A stretch of 63,157 bases of DNA, counting the filler, from Diploschistes diacapsis (taxonomy: Eukaryota): the NCBI GenBank assembly GCA_023645945.1. It is 26 parts of 26 records of this genome, joined end to end, with 100 filler letters (N's around TTAATTAATTAA, not from the genome) between each part and the next. Parts side by side here need not be neighbours in the genome. Positions count along the whole stretch, not along the records: positions 47,583 to 48,603 come from JALAIB010004275.1; positions 48,704 to 49,723 come from JALAIB010004276.1; positions 49,824 to 50,843 come from JALAIB010004277.1; positions 50,944 to 51,963 come from JALAIB010004278.1; positions 52,064 to 53,083 come from JALAIB010004279.1; positions 53,184 to 54,203 come from JALAIB010004280.1; positions 54,304 to 55,323 come from JALAIB010004281.1; positions 55,424 to 56,443 come from JALAIB010004282.1; 18 more parts are not named here. The stretch is one strand, 5' to 3'. Every line of letters starts with the position of its first letter. Positions within the stretch are counted from its first letter, which is position 1. The notes below the pieces were generated by a model. The model had not been told where the DNA came from. It saw nothing but the letters and a program-made list of their open reading frames with translations, and searched no databases. The translations under genes were made by a program, and so were the position numbers. This document shows, one piece after another, positions 47,583-59,800 of the stretch.

Positions 47583-48317
47583 AATTAAAAATTTAAAACA
47601 CGAATATTTCTACGGATATTATATTATAATAAAAGCACGGACACGGATATTACGATTAAAAATTTTAAAATACGGATATTTCTACGGATATTACACTATA
47701 GTAAAAGCACGGACACAGACACTACGGCTAAAAATTTCAAAACACGGACACGGCCGTGTCAGTGTCCGTGACGGCCAGCCTACTTTTACTATAATATAGT
47801 ATCCGTAGAAATGTCCGTATTTTAAAATTTTTAATCGTAATATCCGTGTCCGTGTTTTTATTATAATATAATATCTATAAAAATATCCGTGTTTTAAAAT
47901 TTTTAATCGTAATATTCGTGTTAATAGATTTATTATCGTATCCGTGTATTCATCGAAACATTTTTAAATAATATTTATTTTTTAATAATTTTAAAATTAT
48001 TACATTTATTTTTTACGCTTTTATTTTTTTATTACGGTATTTCGATAGATTCACGGTAATATTTCGGTGGATTTATTATAATACAGTGTCCGTGGCAGTA
48101 TCGTGTTTTAAAATTTTTGGCGGTAATGTCCGTGGAAATGTCCGTGTTTTAAATTTTTTAGTCGTAGTGTCCGTGTCCGTGCTTTTACTATAATGTAGTG
48201 TCCGTGGAAGTATCCGTGTTTTAAAATTTTAGCGGTAGTGTCCGTGGCAGTGTCGTGTTTTAAAAATTTTCTCGGTAGTGTCCGTGGAAGTGTCCGTGGC
48301 ACGAAACGGCCAGCCTA
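47583..48317. mobile_element. Two family D elements, one nested in the other (TIR ends at 47782 and 48317)
   Basis: ACGGCCAGCCTA at both positions; repeat orientation flips at 47782. Confidence 0.8.
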
Positions 48318-48703
48318 ATTATGACCCAAATGCTGTTATATAAAATACCTGTCATTAAGTCCTTAAATATTAATAATTTGATTATAAAATCCATTATGAT
48401 TATCTTTTATAATCGATTTAGTTTTTTAATAATTTATAAAATCCCGTATCTTCTATACGTAGAGTATTTATTCTTTTAACAGCTCTCGCATTATTTAATA
48501 AAATTTATAATGTATTACTTCATTCCTTCGAAATAACAGTTTCGTTAAATGGTTTTAATAATATTCGTAATACCTTTATATCCGTATTCCGGTGGATTAT
48601 AATNNNNNNNNNNNNNNNNNNNNNNNNNNNNNNNNNNNNNNNNNNNNTTAATTAATTAANNNNNNNNNNNNNNNNNNNNNNNNNNNNNNNNNNNNNNNNN
48701 NNN

Positions 48704-49620
48704 ATTAAATAAAATAATAGATTAAAAAAGATTTCGTTTATAAAAAATTAAGAAAGGCGAGATATATTTTAGGATTCGAGATTTATTATAAAAAGGATTA
48801 TATTACGTTATTATTAAAAATATACGTAAATTGAATAATCGAACGGTTTTATATAAAGAATTCTCGTATAATTATCATTCCTTTATTTCCGAATATTATG
48901 ATATCTCGAGTTCCACTTGATTTAGAATCTAAAGATTAGTCATTATATTAGTAATGTGTAGGATCGTTAAGTTATCTTTTAATCGAAATTAGATTAGATA
49001 TAATCTATACCGTCAATTAATTAGGGTAATATTTTAGTTGTTTTTAATTGAATCATTACTTTTAATTAAAGTACGTTTTAAGATTCCTGAACGGTTAAAT
49101 CAACGTTACGCTAAGGTTCGATTTTTTATTACGGTTTCTAAACGGGAGCATCTTTTTGAATTAATATAGTGACGCTTTTTTTGCTCTTGATCTAGATACT
49201 CGTCGTTCAGTATCTAAAATAATCCATTTTTTAGAAACTTCTCCTATCTCGTAGTCATTTAAAGTTCAAAGGATCGTCTCGGTTTTATTTTATGAAACTA
49301 AATATGTCGCTGCGTTTTTAATAGTATTACATCTCATTTGATTACAGTCGGTTTTAAATGAATTAAATATTTCTACGATAATTACTATTTATATTAATAA
49401 TAAAAGCTTTATAGATCTTATAGAAAACAAACGTACAATAAATCGTAATAAATATATCTCGATTTATCATTATTATATTCGAAAGCTTTATGAAGACGGA
49501 GCGTTCATTCTGAAATAAGTTCCTTCAAGCGATAATTTAATAAACGTTTTGATGAAAATTCTGGGTCGTCTAACTTTCGAGAGATTAACGAAATCTCTTA
49601 TATCTAATATCTAAGAATTA
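48704..49620 (+). mobile_element. RIP-degraded Ty1/Copia RT-RNase H
   Basis: YILGFEI, CVGSLSYL, YSDAFFALDLDTRRS, ETKYVA and VPSSDNLINVLMK, with many TAA/TAG stops. Confidence 0.92.
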
Positions 49621-49823
49621 AGCTTTCTATTTTAGAAACCTTCGACATGGATTTCTATTATAATTTAGAAATATAAAGGTCGGTTGTTTTTTTTATATTA
49701 AAGAGTATTACTTCGAATATTATNNNNNNNNNNNNNNNNNNNNNNNNNNNNNNNNNNNNNNNNNNNNTTAATTAATTAANNNNNNNNNNNNNNNNNNNNN
49801 NNNNNNNNNNNNNNNNNNNNNNN

Positions 49824-50843
49824 CTATAGAACGATATTCACGACCGTACCGATCTTTTAATAGCAAAAACAAAATAACTAGAAAGCCGGGATGAAGATAT
49901 AAAAGAAATCTTTACTAAAATAAAACGTCGGAAGAGCCAAATAATCGATTTATATCATAAAAATATTCATATAAAGGCCCATTTCTTTCACATTAGGGAT
50001 CTAATACTATTCTATAACAACAAATATCAAAAAAACTATTCTGTGTCTCGAAAGTTGAACTTTTAGTAATTCGGTCCTTACCGAATAACCTACTCAAATC
50101 ATAAAAAGTCAGTATATAAACTTATTAAACTAGATAAAACGGACCTCAATAGAACCTTTGCAGACAGAAAATTGAAGGCCTTTGTTGCTAATCCTAGAGA
50201 AGAGATAGTAATACCGGATTCTAAAATCACGGGCCAGGAAGATAAAGATGGATCTATAAGAAAAAAAAACACCGATAAGGATCTGGATGATGAAATTCCC
50301 CCTAATCCTCTGGGAAAGTTCATACCTGCGGGGAAGGATTTCGCGGTAATGGTTTAAAAGATGGGTCTTCCTATTGCTATAAATGAAAAAAAGAATAGAT
50401 ATCACAGGACCCTAGGAACCTATGACCATGATAGGATAGAATAGGATAGAATCTGTTTGTTTGTTTGTGTAACCGTTCGGCTGCTTGCTGGCTAATTGAT
50501 CTACTAGTTTCATGGCAGGCTTGCTTCTCTACTTACCTGTCTAATACTTATTTGCATGCTTGCTTATTCATTTTTTTATGTGATTGACCTTTCTGCTTTA
50601 TGCTTTCTTACTTACTTTATGTTTATATATTAACCTACCTACCTACCTCTTGCTTACTTACTTGCTACCGCTTGTCTGAGAAATGTGGTCGGAGAAGAGA
50701 TGAGAGAGAAAAGAAGGCGGCGGACGTGTTACCTGATATAACTATTTAAAAGAATATTTATAGATAAGATAGATACAACGGAAATTAAAGATAATTTTGG
50801 ATAATCACCGTCCTATTATTTAGCTAATAAAACAGAATATAAT
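49824..50843 (+). mobile_element. Ty3/Gypsy 3' end: integrase GPY/F module, 3' UTR, purine tract and probable LTR start near 50727
   Basis: KLNF**FGPYRI...YKLIKLD...TFADRKLKAF, then GAGAGAGAAAAGAAGG shortly before TGTTAC. Confidence 0.75.
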
Positions 50844-50943
50844 NNNNNNNNNNNNNNNNNNNNNNNNNNNNNNNNNNNNNNNNNNNNTTAATTAATTAAN
50901 NNNNNNNNNNNNNNNNNNNNNNNNNNNNNNNNNNNNNNNNNNN

Positions 50944-51961
50944 CTGCAGCCCAATGCCCGCTCTCCAGCCCCGCCCTCATCTTCTCCGGCGTCGCGGCGC
51001 TCAGCAACCTCCCCCTGCGCGCATCCTCGGTCCCGAAGGCCAGCGCGTTCCCGTGCACGCCGTGGCACAGGCTGGGCTCCTTGACCAGCAAGCCCTCGGC
51101 CCAGGTCAGCGCGCGGGCCTTCTGCAGCGCGACGTCGATCCTGTTGCGCAGGCGCGGGAAATGCGGGCGCAGCGCGCGCAGGCACAGCGCGAAGCCGGGC
51201 GCGCCGTGGCACCACTGCACCAGCTCGCGGTGCTTGGCGGACGAGGTGTGCCAGTTGCCGCGCTCCGTCTGCCCGTCGAGGAGGGTGTCCAGGCGGGGCT
51301 CGACGGCGGCGGCGGTGGCGGTAGCGGCGGAGGAGGAGGAGAGGACGAGCTGCGTGAGGATGCCGATGTCGCCGTGCGCGGCGCCCAGCAGGTGCTTGCC
51401 CCTGTGCGTCCAGCTGGGCGCGCCGTGCGCCAGGATGTGCGCCACCAGGCCCTCGACCGCGGCGTCGATGTCCGCCGCGCGCGCCGGGCAGAAGCGCCGC
51501 GCGATCCGCAGCAGCGCGAGCGTGCCGGCCCGGCCCTGCAGCCACTCGTTGGACTGCGGCGGCGTCGCGAGCGCGGAGCTGGCGGCGACGAGCGCCGACA
51601 CCGCCCCGTTGCTGGTGGCCGGGTCGCTGGAGCACGTGTGCGCGGCGAGCACGGCCAGGTGGGCGAGGCCCTCGTTCGCGATCCCGCAGCCTGCCGAGGT
51701 GGACGGCGGAGCCGAGAGCGAGGACGGGCTGCTGGACAGGTACTCGGTGCACCACCGCGACGCCGTTTTCGACGAGACGGTCAGGTCCGGGTGCGTGTGC
51801 GAGAGGTGCAGGAAGAGGTAGGCGATGGAGGTGGGGCCGGCGAAGAGGCCGCGGCACGCGCCGGAGGAGAAGCTGCCCGTCCAGGGGGTCGAGGGCCGGG
51901 CGGTGTCGGTGAGCCGAGTGAGGGACTCGACGAGATAGGCGTGGGCTTGGGAGGGGGAGAT
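50944..51961 (-). CDS. Lanthionine synthetase C-like (LanCL) protein, partial at both ends
   Basis: Open across the whole contig; EWLQGRAG, GAAHGDIGI, QWCHGAPG and LCHGVHGNA (Zn-ligand Cys/Cys/His). Very GC-rich. Confidence 0.9.
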
Positions 51962-52063
51962 GGNNNNNNNNNNNNNNNNNNNNNNNNNNNNNNNNNNNNN
52001 NNNNNNNTTAATTAATTAANNNNNNNNNNNNNNNNNNNNNNNNNNNNNNNNNNNNNNNNNNNN

Positions 52064-52410
52064 ATATTAGTTGGATTCTAGTCGAAACGTCTCGAAATTA
52101 ACTATGTAATATTAGTAATAAAGGATAAATAATAGATAGATATAATTATTAATAACTTATACGTATTTTTAAGCCTTTAATTAGACCGAATCGACCCGAA
52201 ACGCGTCGTTTATTAATTATAAACGGTTATAGCTGCTATATTACCGTTAATATTATTCGCTTTTATATATCTAATTGAATCGATTTAATGATATTATTAC
52301 CGTATAGTTCTTATCTTTTTTAAGTATTCGATATCGCAGTGTTTTCGCCGTTGAAAAACGCATTGGCGTAAGAAACGGATCATATTACTCGATTAAATAA
52401 ATCGCGTATG
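52064..52410 (+). mobile_element. RIP-degraded Fot1/pogo DDE transposase fragment
   Basis: RRLLIINGYSCY...LLPYSSYLF*VFDIAVFSPLK, matching the LLILDGHxSH and LPPHSSHLLQPLDV consensus. Confidence 0.88.
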
Positions 52411-53083
52411 TGAGACAGATCAGCCCAGGCGCCTGCCAAGCCACCGGGGTCATGTGACGGCAGGGTTACATGACGGCAGGGTCACATGACAGGTGCCAAC
52501 CGTGCCAAGGATGTTAGGGGGTGGCTATGTAGGCGGGTAGAACCCGATCCCCGTAGGGCTGGCACCTACACACTATTTATTCCTGCCACCATCCTATTTA
52601 GATAGTTTCTTCTCTAGCTTTTCGAATCGAGACCTTTTACCTGCAGATGCCCAGCTACACGTAATCCTTCCGGATCAGGCCCAGTTCCCCCGGTAATATA
52701 ATATCTCATTCTTGCGCTGGCGTTTCACATTCGAAAAGCTTACTTTACCTTCGCACTCGTGACGAGAGTTTAAAACGTTAACTGAACCAAGTATTCGAAT
52801 ATCCACGATAACCGAGCTCGAAAATATTATTCGCCGAATTATTATAAATAATAGCTCCCGTTGGTAGAAAGGATCAAAAAAGAAAAAAAGAATTAATAAT
52901 TAAAAAAACGAGTAAAAAAAATCCATTAACGAATTAAAGATAAATTAATCAAATTAATAAAGTTAATTCGTATTTACGTGGCAACCGTAAAAGAAACGAA
53001 TTAATAAAACGAACAAAAGATTTAGCGATTTTAACAACAATTCGACAAAGATTTAATTAAAAGGAACGAACTAGAGTAATTAT
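52411..53083 (+). mobile_element. Repeat family E (probable LTR plus leader) with tandem GGGTCACRTGACGGCA units
   Basis: Sharp start TGAGACAGATCAGCCCAGG; copies at 53713, 62498 and partial at 62139. Confidence 0.7.
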
Positions 53084-53183
53084 NNNNNNNNNNNNNNNNN
53101 NNNNNNNNNNNNNNNNNNNNNNNNNNNTTAATTAATTAANNNNNNNNNNNNNNNNNNNNNNNNNNNNNNNNNNNNNNNNNNNN

Positions 53184-53706
53184 TTACGAGGTTCTATAAA
53201 TCTAAAATTTAGAATTATTAGATATCAGAATAGTCCTTTTATTTATTATATAAGTTAATTAATATAAAAATTAAAGATATTTTTAAATTAACGTATAAAA
53301 TGTTAGTGTTTGAAATCGAGATCAAGACATTTCGTACAATAAAAAAATATTTAATAAATAAAAAAAATTAAAAAAACACGCGTACGAATTAAAGAATCAT
53401 TTAACGTATTAAATATAATCGTATTATAATCTTTAAAAATCGAAATTCGTATAAAAAAGACTAATATATCTAAAAATAAAAGTTATACGAAAGATATCGG
53501 GTTACGCGTACAACGTTATAATAAATATAATCAGTTCGGGTATAATACGCGAACTTATAAAATAAAATCTATAACTTCTGAGAAAGATACTAATAATTAA
53601 TATAAAAAATTATCGTACGAATTGATTGCGTAAATGTAATTACAACTCGTACGAATCGAAAAGGGTGTCCGTTCGCTATAAATGTCCGCTCGCTATACAT
53701 ATACGT
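53184..53706 (+). mobile_element. Fot1/pogo family B, 3' end with TIR
   Basis: RIP-altered zinc knuckle (QRYNKYNQFGYNTRTY), then GTCCGTTCGCTAT...GTCCGCTCGCTAT...TACGT|TA. Confidence 0.8.
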
Positions 53707-54728
53707 TATATTTGAGACAGATCAGCCCAGGCGTGCCAAGCCACCGGGGTCACGTGACGGCAGGGTCACATGACGGCAGGTCACATGACGGGTACCAACC
53801 GTGCCAAGGATGTTAAGGGGAGGCTGTGTAGGCGGGTAGAACCCGAACCCCGTAGGGCTGGCACTTATATACTATTTATTCCTGTTATTCTCCTATTTAA
53901 ATAATTTCCTCTCTAGCTTTTCGAATCGAGACCTTTTACCTATAAATACCCAGCTACACGTAATCTTTCCGGATCAGGCTCAGCCCCCGGTAATATAGTA
54001 TTCTATTCCTGCGCTGGCGTTTCATATTCGAAAAGTTTACTTTATGTAAGACCAAGCAAGGAGCATTCCAAGAGTCAGACAAGCGGCATTCAGGGTCTTG
54101 GCTTGCGGGTACTTGAAGGGAGATTTTGTTTTTCTTATTCTTTCTTTTCCTTTAATAATTAGTTTTAGTATAAATCTATTTTACGTACAATTATCTTATT
54201 ATANNNNNNNNNNNNNNNNNNNNNNNNNNNNNNNNNNNNNNNNNNNNTTAATTAATTAANNNNNNNNNNNNNNNNNNNNNNNNNNNNNNNNNNNNNNNNN
54301 NNNATTTTATTCGACTCGTTTTATTCTTCGGTCCCAGACGGTTTCCGGGACCCGACCGAAAACTCGTTTAGAATTATAATATCAATAAATTTAACGCGTA
54401 TTGAACCAAAATTCAATAAAAGAATAAAAGAAGTCGTTATAAAAAATTAAAACAATAAAAGTACGAAAAGAACGAGAAATATAAATTCGAAAAAAAAACG
54501 AACGCGCGTCGACGGTATAACAATAATAATTTATCGCCGAGAAGGTTAATTTATAACGAAATAATTATAAAAATTCGTAAAATATTCGGTCGATATCCGA
54601 TCCTTCTAAGCTAGCGATCCGGAGGGCCTACGCGAGATAAGAAAGGATAACGGGAATAACATTATTCTAATAATTAATTTATGTTAAACATTATTATCTA
54701 CGAATATAACGTATAGAAAAGTAAAAAT

Positions 54729-55323
54729 ATTTTGGGCAACGCATGTATTGAAGTCTAGATATCTAGAGGTCTTACTAGAAGGATTAATCTACATGCAAGC
54801 TCTTATACCAATAGGATCCATTAAGCCCTACAGACTTACACTACTCCCGATTAGGATTAGCAGGAACCCTAGTAGGTTCAGCTGAACTGAACCTGAACCT
54901 GAGGTTTAACTGAACTTCTTAGTTATATATTCTGTTTATCTGCTTAATATTCCCTTACGGTGTTACGATCCAAGTGACTAGGTGGTAGCCACTTGGCACT
55001 TCACAGCTGATCGGGCCTAACCCAACCACTCCTTATGTATAATCCAATCATAGTGACACTAATCACGTGATAAATAGAAAACCTTAGAAGCTATTTTACC
55101 CTCCGTGAATAAAACGGGAGAATAATAATTCTATTTATCTACTAATTTATTCCGTTAAGAAAATAATTAATTATATAAAGAACTTCTATTATAACTCCTT
55201 TAAATCCTAATATATTTATTTTCATAAATATCCTTAATTATTACTCGGGATCAATTTATATTTATTATTTTTATTATTAAAACCTTCTTTCTAGAGATAG
55301 TTTAAGATTTATAATTACTCTAC
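54729..55323. mobile_element. LTR family C copy (54729-54949) adjacent to LTR family A (from 54961)
   Basis: Homology to 47079-47293; TGTTACGATCCAAG start. Confidence 0.78.
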
Positions 55324-55585
55324 NNNNNNNNNNNNNNNNNNNNNNNNNNNNNNNNNNNNNNNNNNNNTTAATTAATTAANNNNNNNNNNNNNNNNNNNNN
55401 NNNNNNNNNNNNNNNNNNNNNNNATAAAAGATTGACGATACGTTAGAGATCTATTATCGTATAATTAATAATAAAGGTACGTTACGATAGTTAAACGTTT
55501 TAAGGATAGAGTTTAAGAAAAAAAAAAAGTAATTATAATACGTAGAATTTAATAAGTGTAACGCCCAAAGGTGCGCCCTGGGGTT

Positions 55586-56042
55586 TGTTATGATCTCTAT
55601 CTATACAAGATATACACGAGTAGGATCAAGGTGGGTTTGGTCTCTGTTAGAAGAGGAGTGTGGTAGGAGAAGAAGATAAAACAATTATAAATCTTAGATT
55701 ATCTCTAAAAAGAAGGTTCTAAGATAATAAAAATAATAAATATAAATTAATCCCGAACAATAACTTAAGATATTTATAAAAATAAATATATCTTTTTCCA
55801 CGAAAATAAAATCGTGTTTATATATAATTAACTCGCTCGCCGCTTATTATAGATTTAACGAGCGATATTTTCGAAGCTCGTCGTTTACGAGAATAAACGC
55901 GACCATCGAGCGGTAGCGAAAGCCTGCTCGCCGCTCACAAGAGTAAGCGCGACCAGTGAGCACATCACGTGACCCCCGTCCCGTGACTGACCTATATACA
56001 ACAAAGCTGGGACGTGCCAAGTCTGGTACTTGGATCGTAACA
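55586..56042 (-). mobile_element. LTR subfamily A2 abutting the end of a family B LTR (55557-55585)
   Basis: TGTTATGATCTCT...GGATCGTAACA; preceded by TGTAACGCCCAAAGGTGCGCCCTGGGG, the reverse of 61789-61815. Confidence 0.85.
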
Positions 56043-56294
56043 TCGTGGTGGACGTAGATATCCTATAAAATAAGATCGTGTTATCGCTCGTTCGTATCGT
56101 AAATTAATATAAAACGCGTTACCAAGGGATTTTAACAACGAAAAAAAGGGAAAAAAAGAAGACGAAGAAAAAAAAGTAGAAGAAATAAATAAACGTTAAC
56201 GACGCTTATTTATCGATTCTACGTTTAAAACGTATTTTATAACTATTTATAATATCGAAATCTATTCTATTTATTCGCTCTTAACGTCTTGTAT

Positions 56295-56443
56295 TAGGCT
56301 GGCCGTTTCGTGCCACGGTCATTGATACGGATATTATAGCAAAAAAATTTTTAACACGGATATTAACACGGACACGATAATTAAAATTTTAAAACATTAA
56401 GATTAATACGGATATTATAATTAAAATTTTTAAAATATTAATA
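56295..56443 (-). mobile_element. Family D right end
   Basis: TAGGCTGGCCGTTTCGTGCCACGG. Confidence 0.75.
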
Positions 56444-56543
56444 NNNNNNNNNNNNNNNNNNNNNNNNNNNNNNNNNNNNNNNNNNNNTTAATTAATTAAN
56501 NNNNNNNNNNNNNNNNNNNNNNNNNNNNNNNNNNNNNNNNNNN

Positions 56544-57494
56544 CTTCTTCCCCTTCCGGCAAGCGCAACCTCATCTTCATGGTTTCCGACGGCATGGGCC
56601 CCGCCTCGCTCTCCCTGGCCCGCAGCTACCACCAACACGCGCAGGGCCTGCCGCCGGACTCCCTGCTGGCGCTCGACACGCACCTGCTCGGCACGTCGCG
56701 CACGCGGTCGTCGAGCAGCCTGATCACGGACTCCGCGGCGGGCGCGACGGCCTTCTCGTGCGGCAGGAAGAGCTACAACGGCGCCATCTCGGTGCTGCCG
56801 GACGGCTGGCCTTGCGGCACCGTGCTCGAGGCGGCCAAGCGTGCGGGATACACGACGGGGCTGGTCGTCACGACGCGGCTGACGGACGCGACGCCCGCGA
56901 CCTTCGCGAGCCACGTGCGCGCGCGCGAGCACGAGGACCGCATCGCGCGCCAGATGGTGGGCGACGGGCACCCGCTCGGCCACGTGGTCGATCTGATGCT
57001 CGGCGGCGGGCGGTGCCGGTTCCTGCCGAATGCATCCGCAGGTGGGTGTCGGGCGGATGATGTCGATGTGACGAAGCTGGCGCGGGAGAGGGGGTATGCT
57101 TACGTTTCGACCCGGGCGGGGTTCGATGCGCTGGAGGGTGGGAATGCCGCGACGCTGCCGCTGCTGGGGCTGTTTGCGGACACGGATATCCCCTTCGAGA
57201 TTGACAGGCGGGCGGAGGCGGATGCGTATCCGAGCCTGGAGGAGATGGCGCGCACGGCGACGACGGCGTTGAGGATCGCGACGCGCGACAGCGAGAAGGG
57301 CTTCTTCCTGCTGATAGAGGGCAGCCGGATCGACCACGCGGGCCACGAGAACGATCCGGCGGCGCAGGTGCACGAGGTGCTGGCGTACGACAGGGCGTTC
57401 GCGAGCGTGCTGGAGTTCCTGGACGAGCCGGGCGTCGAGGGCGTGCTGGTTGGGACGAGCGACCATGAGACCGGGGGGTTGAGCGTAGCGAGGC
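56544..57494 (+). CDS. PHO8: Alkaline phosphatase (Pho8-like), internal exon, partial
   Basis: KRNLIFMVSDGMG, ITDSAAGATAF (catalytic Ser), DATPA, EGSRIDHAGH and SDHETGG; GTGAGT donor follows near 57495. Confidence 0.93.
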
Positions 57495-58099
57495 GTGAGT
57501 CGAGTTCATTCCCCCCTTCCACATTCTCTTGCACGCCCCTTCCCCGTCTTCCCACTCTGAACNNNNNNNNNNNNNNNNNNNNNNNNNNNNNNNNNNNNNN
57601 NNNNNNTTAATTAATTAANNNNNNNNNNNNNNNNNNNNNNNNNNNNNNNNNNNNNNNNNNNNATATTAAATTATTATTACATCGAATCACCGTTATATAA
57701 TCTCGTATTTTATCGTATAGAATTTATTAAACTCGATTTACTTTATTTAAATATTAATAATTTTAAGAAATCGTTTACGAAATCGCGATACTTAATATTT
57801 ATCGATAAATTAAAAATTCGTAATTATAATTTTTAAATTCGAACCGAATCGAATACGTTCGCGTCGAATCTTTTCGATCATATTTACTATTAACGCAAAT
57901 AATATAGAAAAGTTAATTTATATAAAACGTATAATCCATCGTATTAATATCTTTTTTTTTTAAATTTAAAAAGATTTAAATCGTTTCGTTATTTTTAATA
58001 ATAAATCTATAATAATTATAATAAATATCTTTTATCGTTAGGTTTTCTTTCAAAGACAAATTTAAATTTATAATTAATTAATTAAATTATTATTTATAC

Positions 58100-58259
58100 T
58101 GTAACAGCGGGGGTTAGTGCCTAATAGGTAGCAACTATCCCACTGAGCCAAAAGACTAACCAAAATGCTTTCAGGAACCCCGAAAGCACTGTTTCCCTAT
58201 TACACTATATGTAGGTGCGCAGCTGTGACAGCGGGGGATCTATGACCCTACAGGTCATA
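58100..58259 (+). mobile_element. Solo LTR, family B variant (160 bp), with TSD TATAC
   Basis: TGTAACAGCGGGG...GGTCATA (RIP-altered CA end) flanked by TATAC on both sides. Confidence 0.75.
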
Positions 58260-58312
58260 TATACTGTTTTTATACAAGACCAAATTTACTGTTTGGCAAC
58301 GTAATAGATGTA

Positions 58313-58681
58313 ACGTGTTTGACGGTGAGTCCGGCCACCCCCAGATTCCGGCCACCTCAAATCACTATTTTCATCTTACATTCGATTTTTCTCAATAATG
58401 ATTATCTCGCATCGCAATAATTCGATTTTAATAGAATTTAATATTAACGACTGTTTATAGGTTTTAAAATAATAATAATATATTAATATTCGAGAAATTA
58501 TTTAAGTATTTAAAGTATCTCGATCGATTATTATAGATCAATTTAATAGAATTTAATTATATTTTAATAATCACGAAACGATTTAAATCTTTTTAAATTT
58601 AAAAAAAAAAGATATTAATACGATGGATTATACGTTTTATATAAATTAACTTTTCTATATTATTTGCGTTAATAGTAAATA
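58313..58681 (+). mobile_element. Fot1/pogo family A 5' end
   Basis: TA|ACGTGTTTGACGG TIR inserted 23 bp into a family C LTR. Confidence 0.8.
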
Positions 58682-58781
58682 NNNNNNNNNNNNNNNNNNN
58701 NNNNNNNNNNNNNNNNNNNNNNNNNTTAATTAATTAANNNNNNNNNNNNNNNNNNNNNNNNNNNNNNNNNNNNNNNNNNNN

Positions 58782-59090
58782 ATTACAATATAATGTCCGT
58801 GAAAATATCCGTGTTTTAAATTTTTTAGCCGTAATGTCCGTGTCCGTGTTTTTTATTATAATATAATGTCCGTGGAAGTATTCGTGTTTTAAAATTTTTA
58901 GTCGTAATATCCGTGTCCGTGCTTTTATTATAATATAATGTCCGTAGAAATATCCGTGTTTTAAAATTTTTAGCCGTATTGTCCGTGTTCGTGTTTTTAT
59001 TATAATGTAGTATCCGTGGAAGTGTCCGTGCCGAGAAATTTTTCGCGGTAGTGTCCGTGTCAGTGACCGTGGCACGCAACGGCCAGCCTA
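58782..59090 (+). mobile_element. Family D right end
   Basis: RTCCGTG arrays ending GCAACGGCCAGCCTA; near-identical end at 59901-60176, others at 62384 and 63092. Confidence 0.8.
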
Positions 59091-59800
59091 TTGTTAAGTA
59101 ACCTTAAAAAAGGGTTTATAGATGTCGATATTTATTAAATTTAGAATACTTTGCTTATGTTTGGCTAAAATACGGCCAATTTATTACTTAATTTTAATTA
59201 ATTAGCATAGTTTATACGTATAAGATGCGATACGGATAAGATTAGCGAGAATTCTAACTTCGTGTAAATTCTAGAACTTTTTAGGTCCTATATAGACTAT
59301 ACGTGCGTGCTATAGCTAATCATTGTTTTTATTAAACTAAACTTTTAGATTTAATTTAAAATCAGATTGAACCGGGTTGAGTTTAGTTAATTTAAATTCA
59401 GCTATTAAATACGTAGTTATTTTATACGTATGTTCTTCTTTTATAATCTTGCTCAAGTAATAGACTCTATTCTTCTTTTTATATATAAGAATGATCCGTC
59501 CGTCGTTATCGTGTAGATATAAGCCGTTTTGACTAAAAATTCCTCCGTAATCTTGTTTTGTATAACTTTTGTTCCGATGAGAGATTGCTTTTAGTTTAGG
59601 GAAGTTTATAATACATTTTAAATATAAAATATCGGAATTTAATCTTTTTAACGTAGCGTAAGGTGATTTAAGTAGATTATGTCTTTTCTAATTTCGATTC
59701 GTAGTTTTCGAATGAAAGTCAAATATTTAGATAGATAAGTTAATTAGTTATAATTAGGGTTTAGGTTCAGGTTTAGGTTCAGTATCGATCTTTAAATTTT
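59091..59800 (-). mobile_element. RIP-degraded Copia protease/GAG-pre-integrase region
   Basis: Minus strand reads GGIFSQNGLYLHDNDGRIILIYKKKNRVYYL, then HARIVYIG resembling the HxRxGH start of the integrase zinc finger. Confidence 0.55.

Noticed and set aside
45341..48317. CRISPR-like appearance of regularly spaced repeats
   Set aside because: Spacers are themselves repeated, the arrays are bounded by TIRs, there are no cas genes, and the genome is eukaryotic.
50892..52015. Long overlapping ORFs of 246-353 aa (similar ones at 56492-57555)
   Set aside because: Shadow ORFs caused by extreme GC content; only the LanCL and phosphatase frames carry domain motifs.
50944..57562. LanCL plus phosphatase as a lanthipeptide-like cluster
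   Set aside because: They lie on separate contigs placed near each other only by length sorting.
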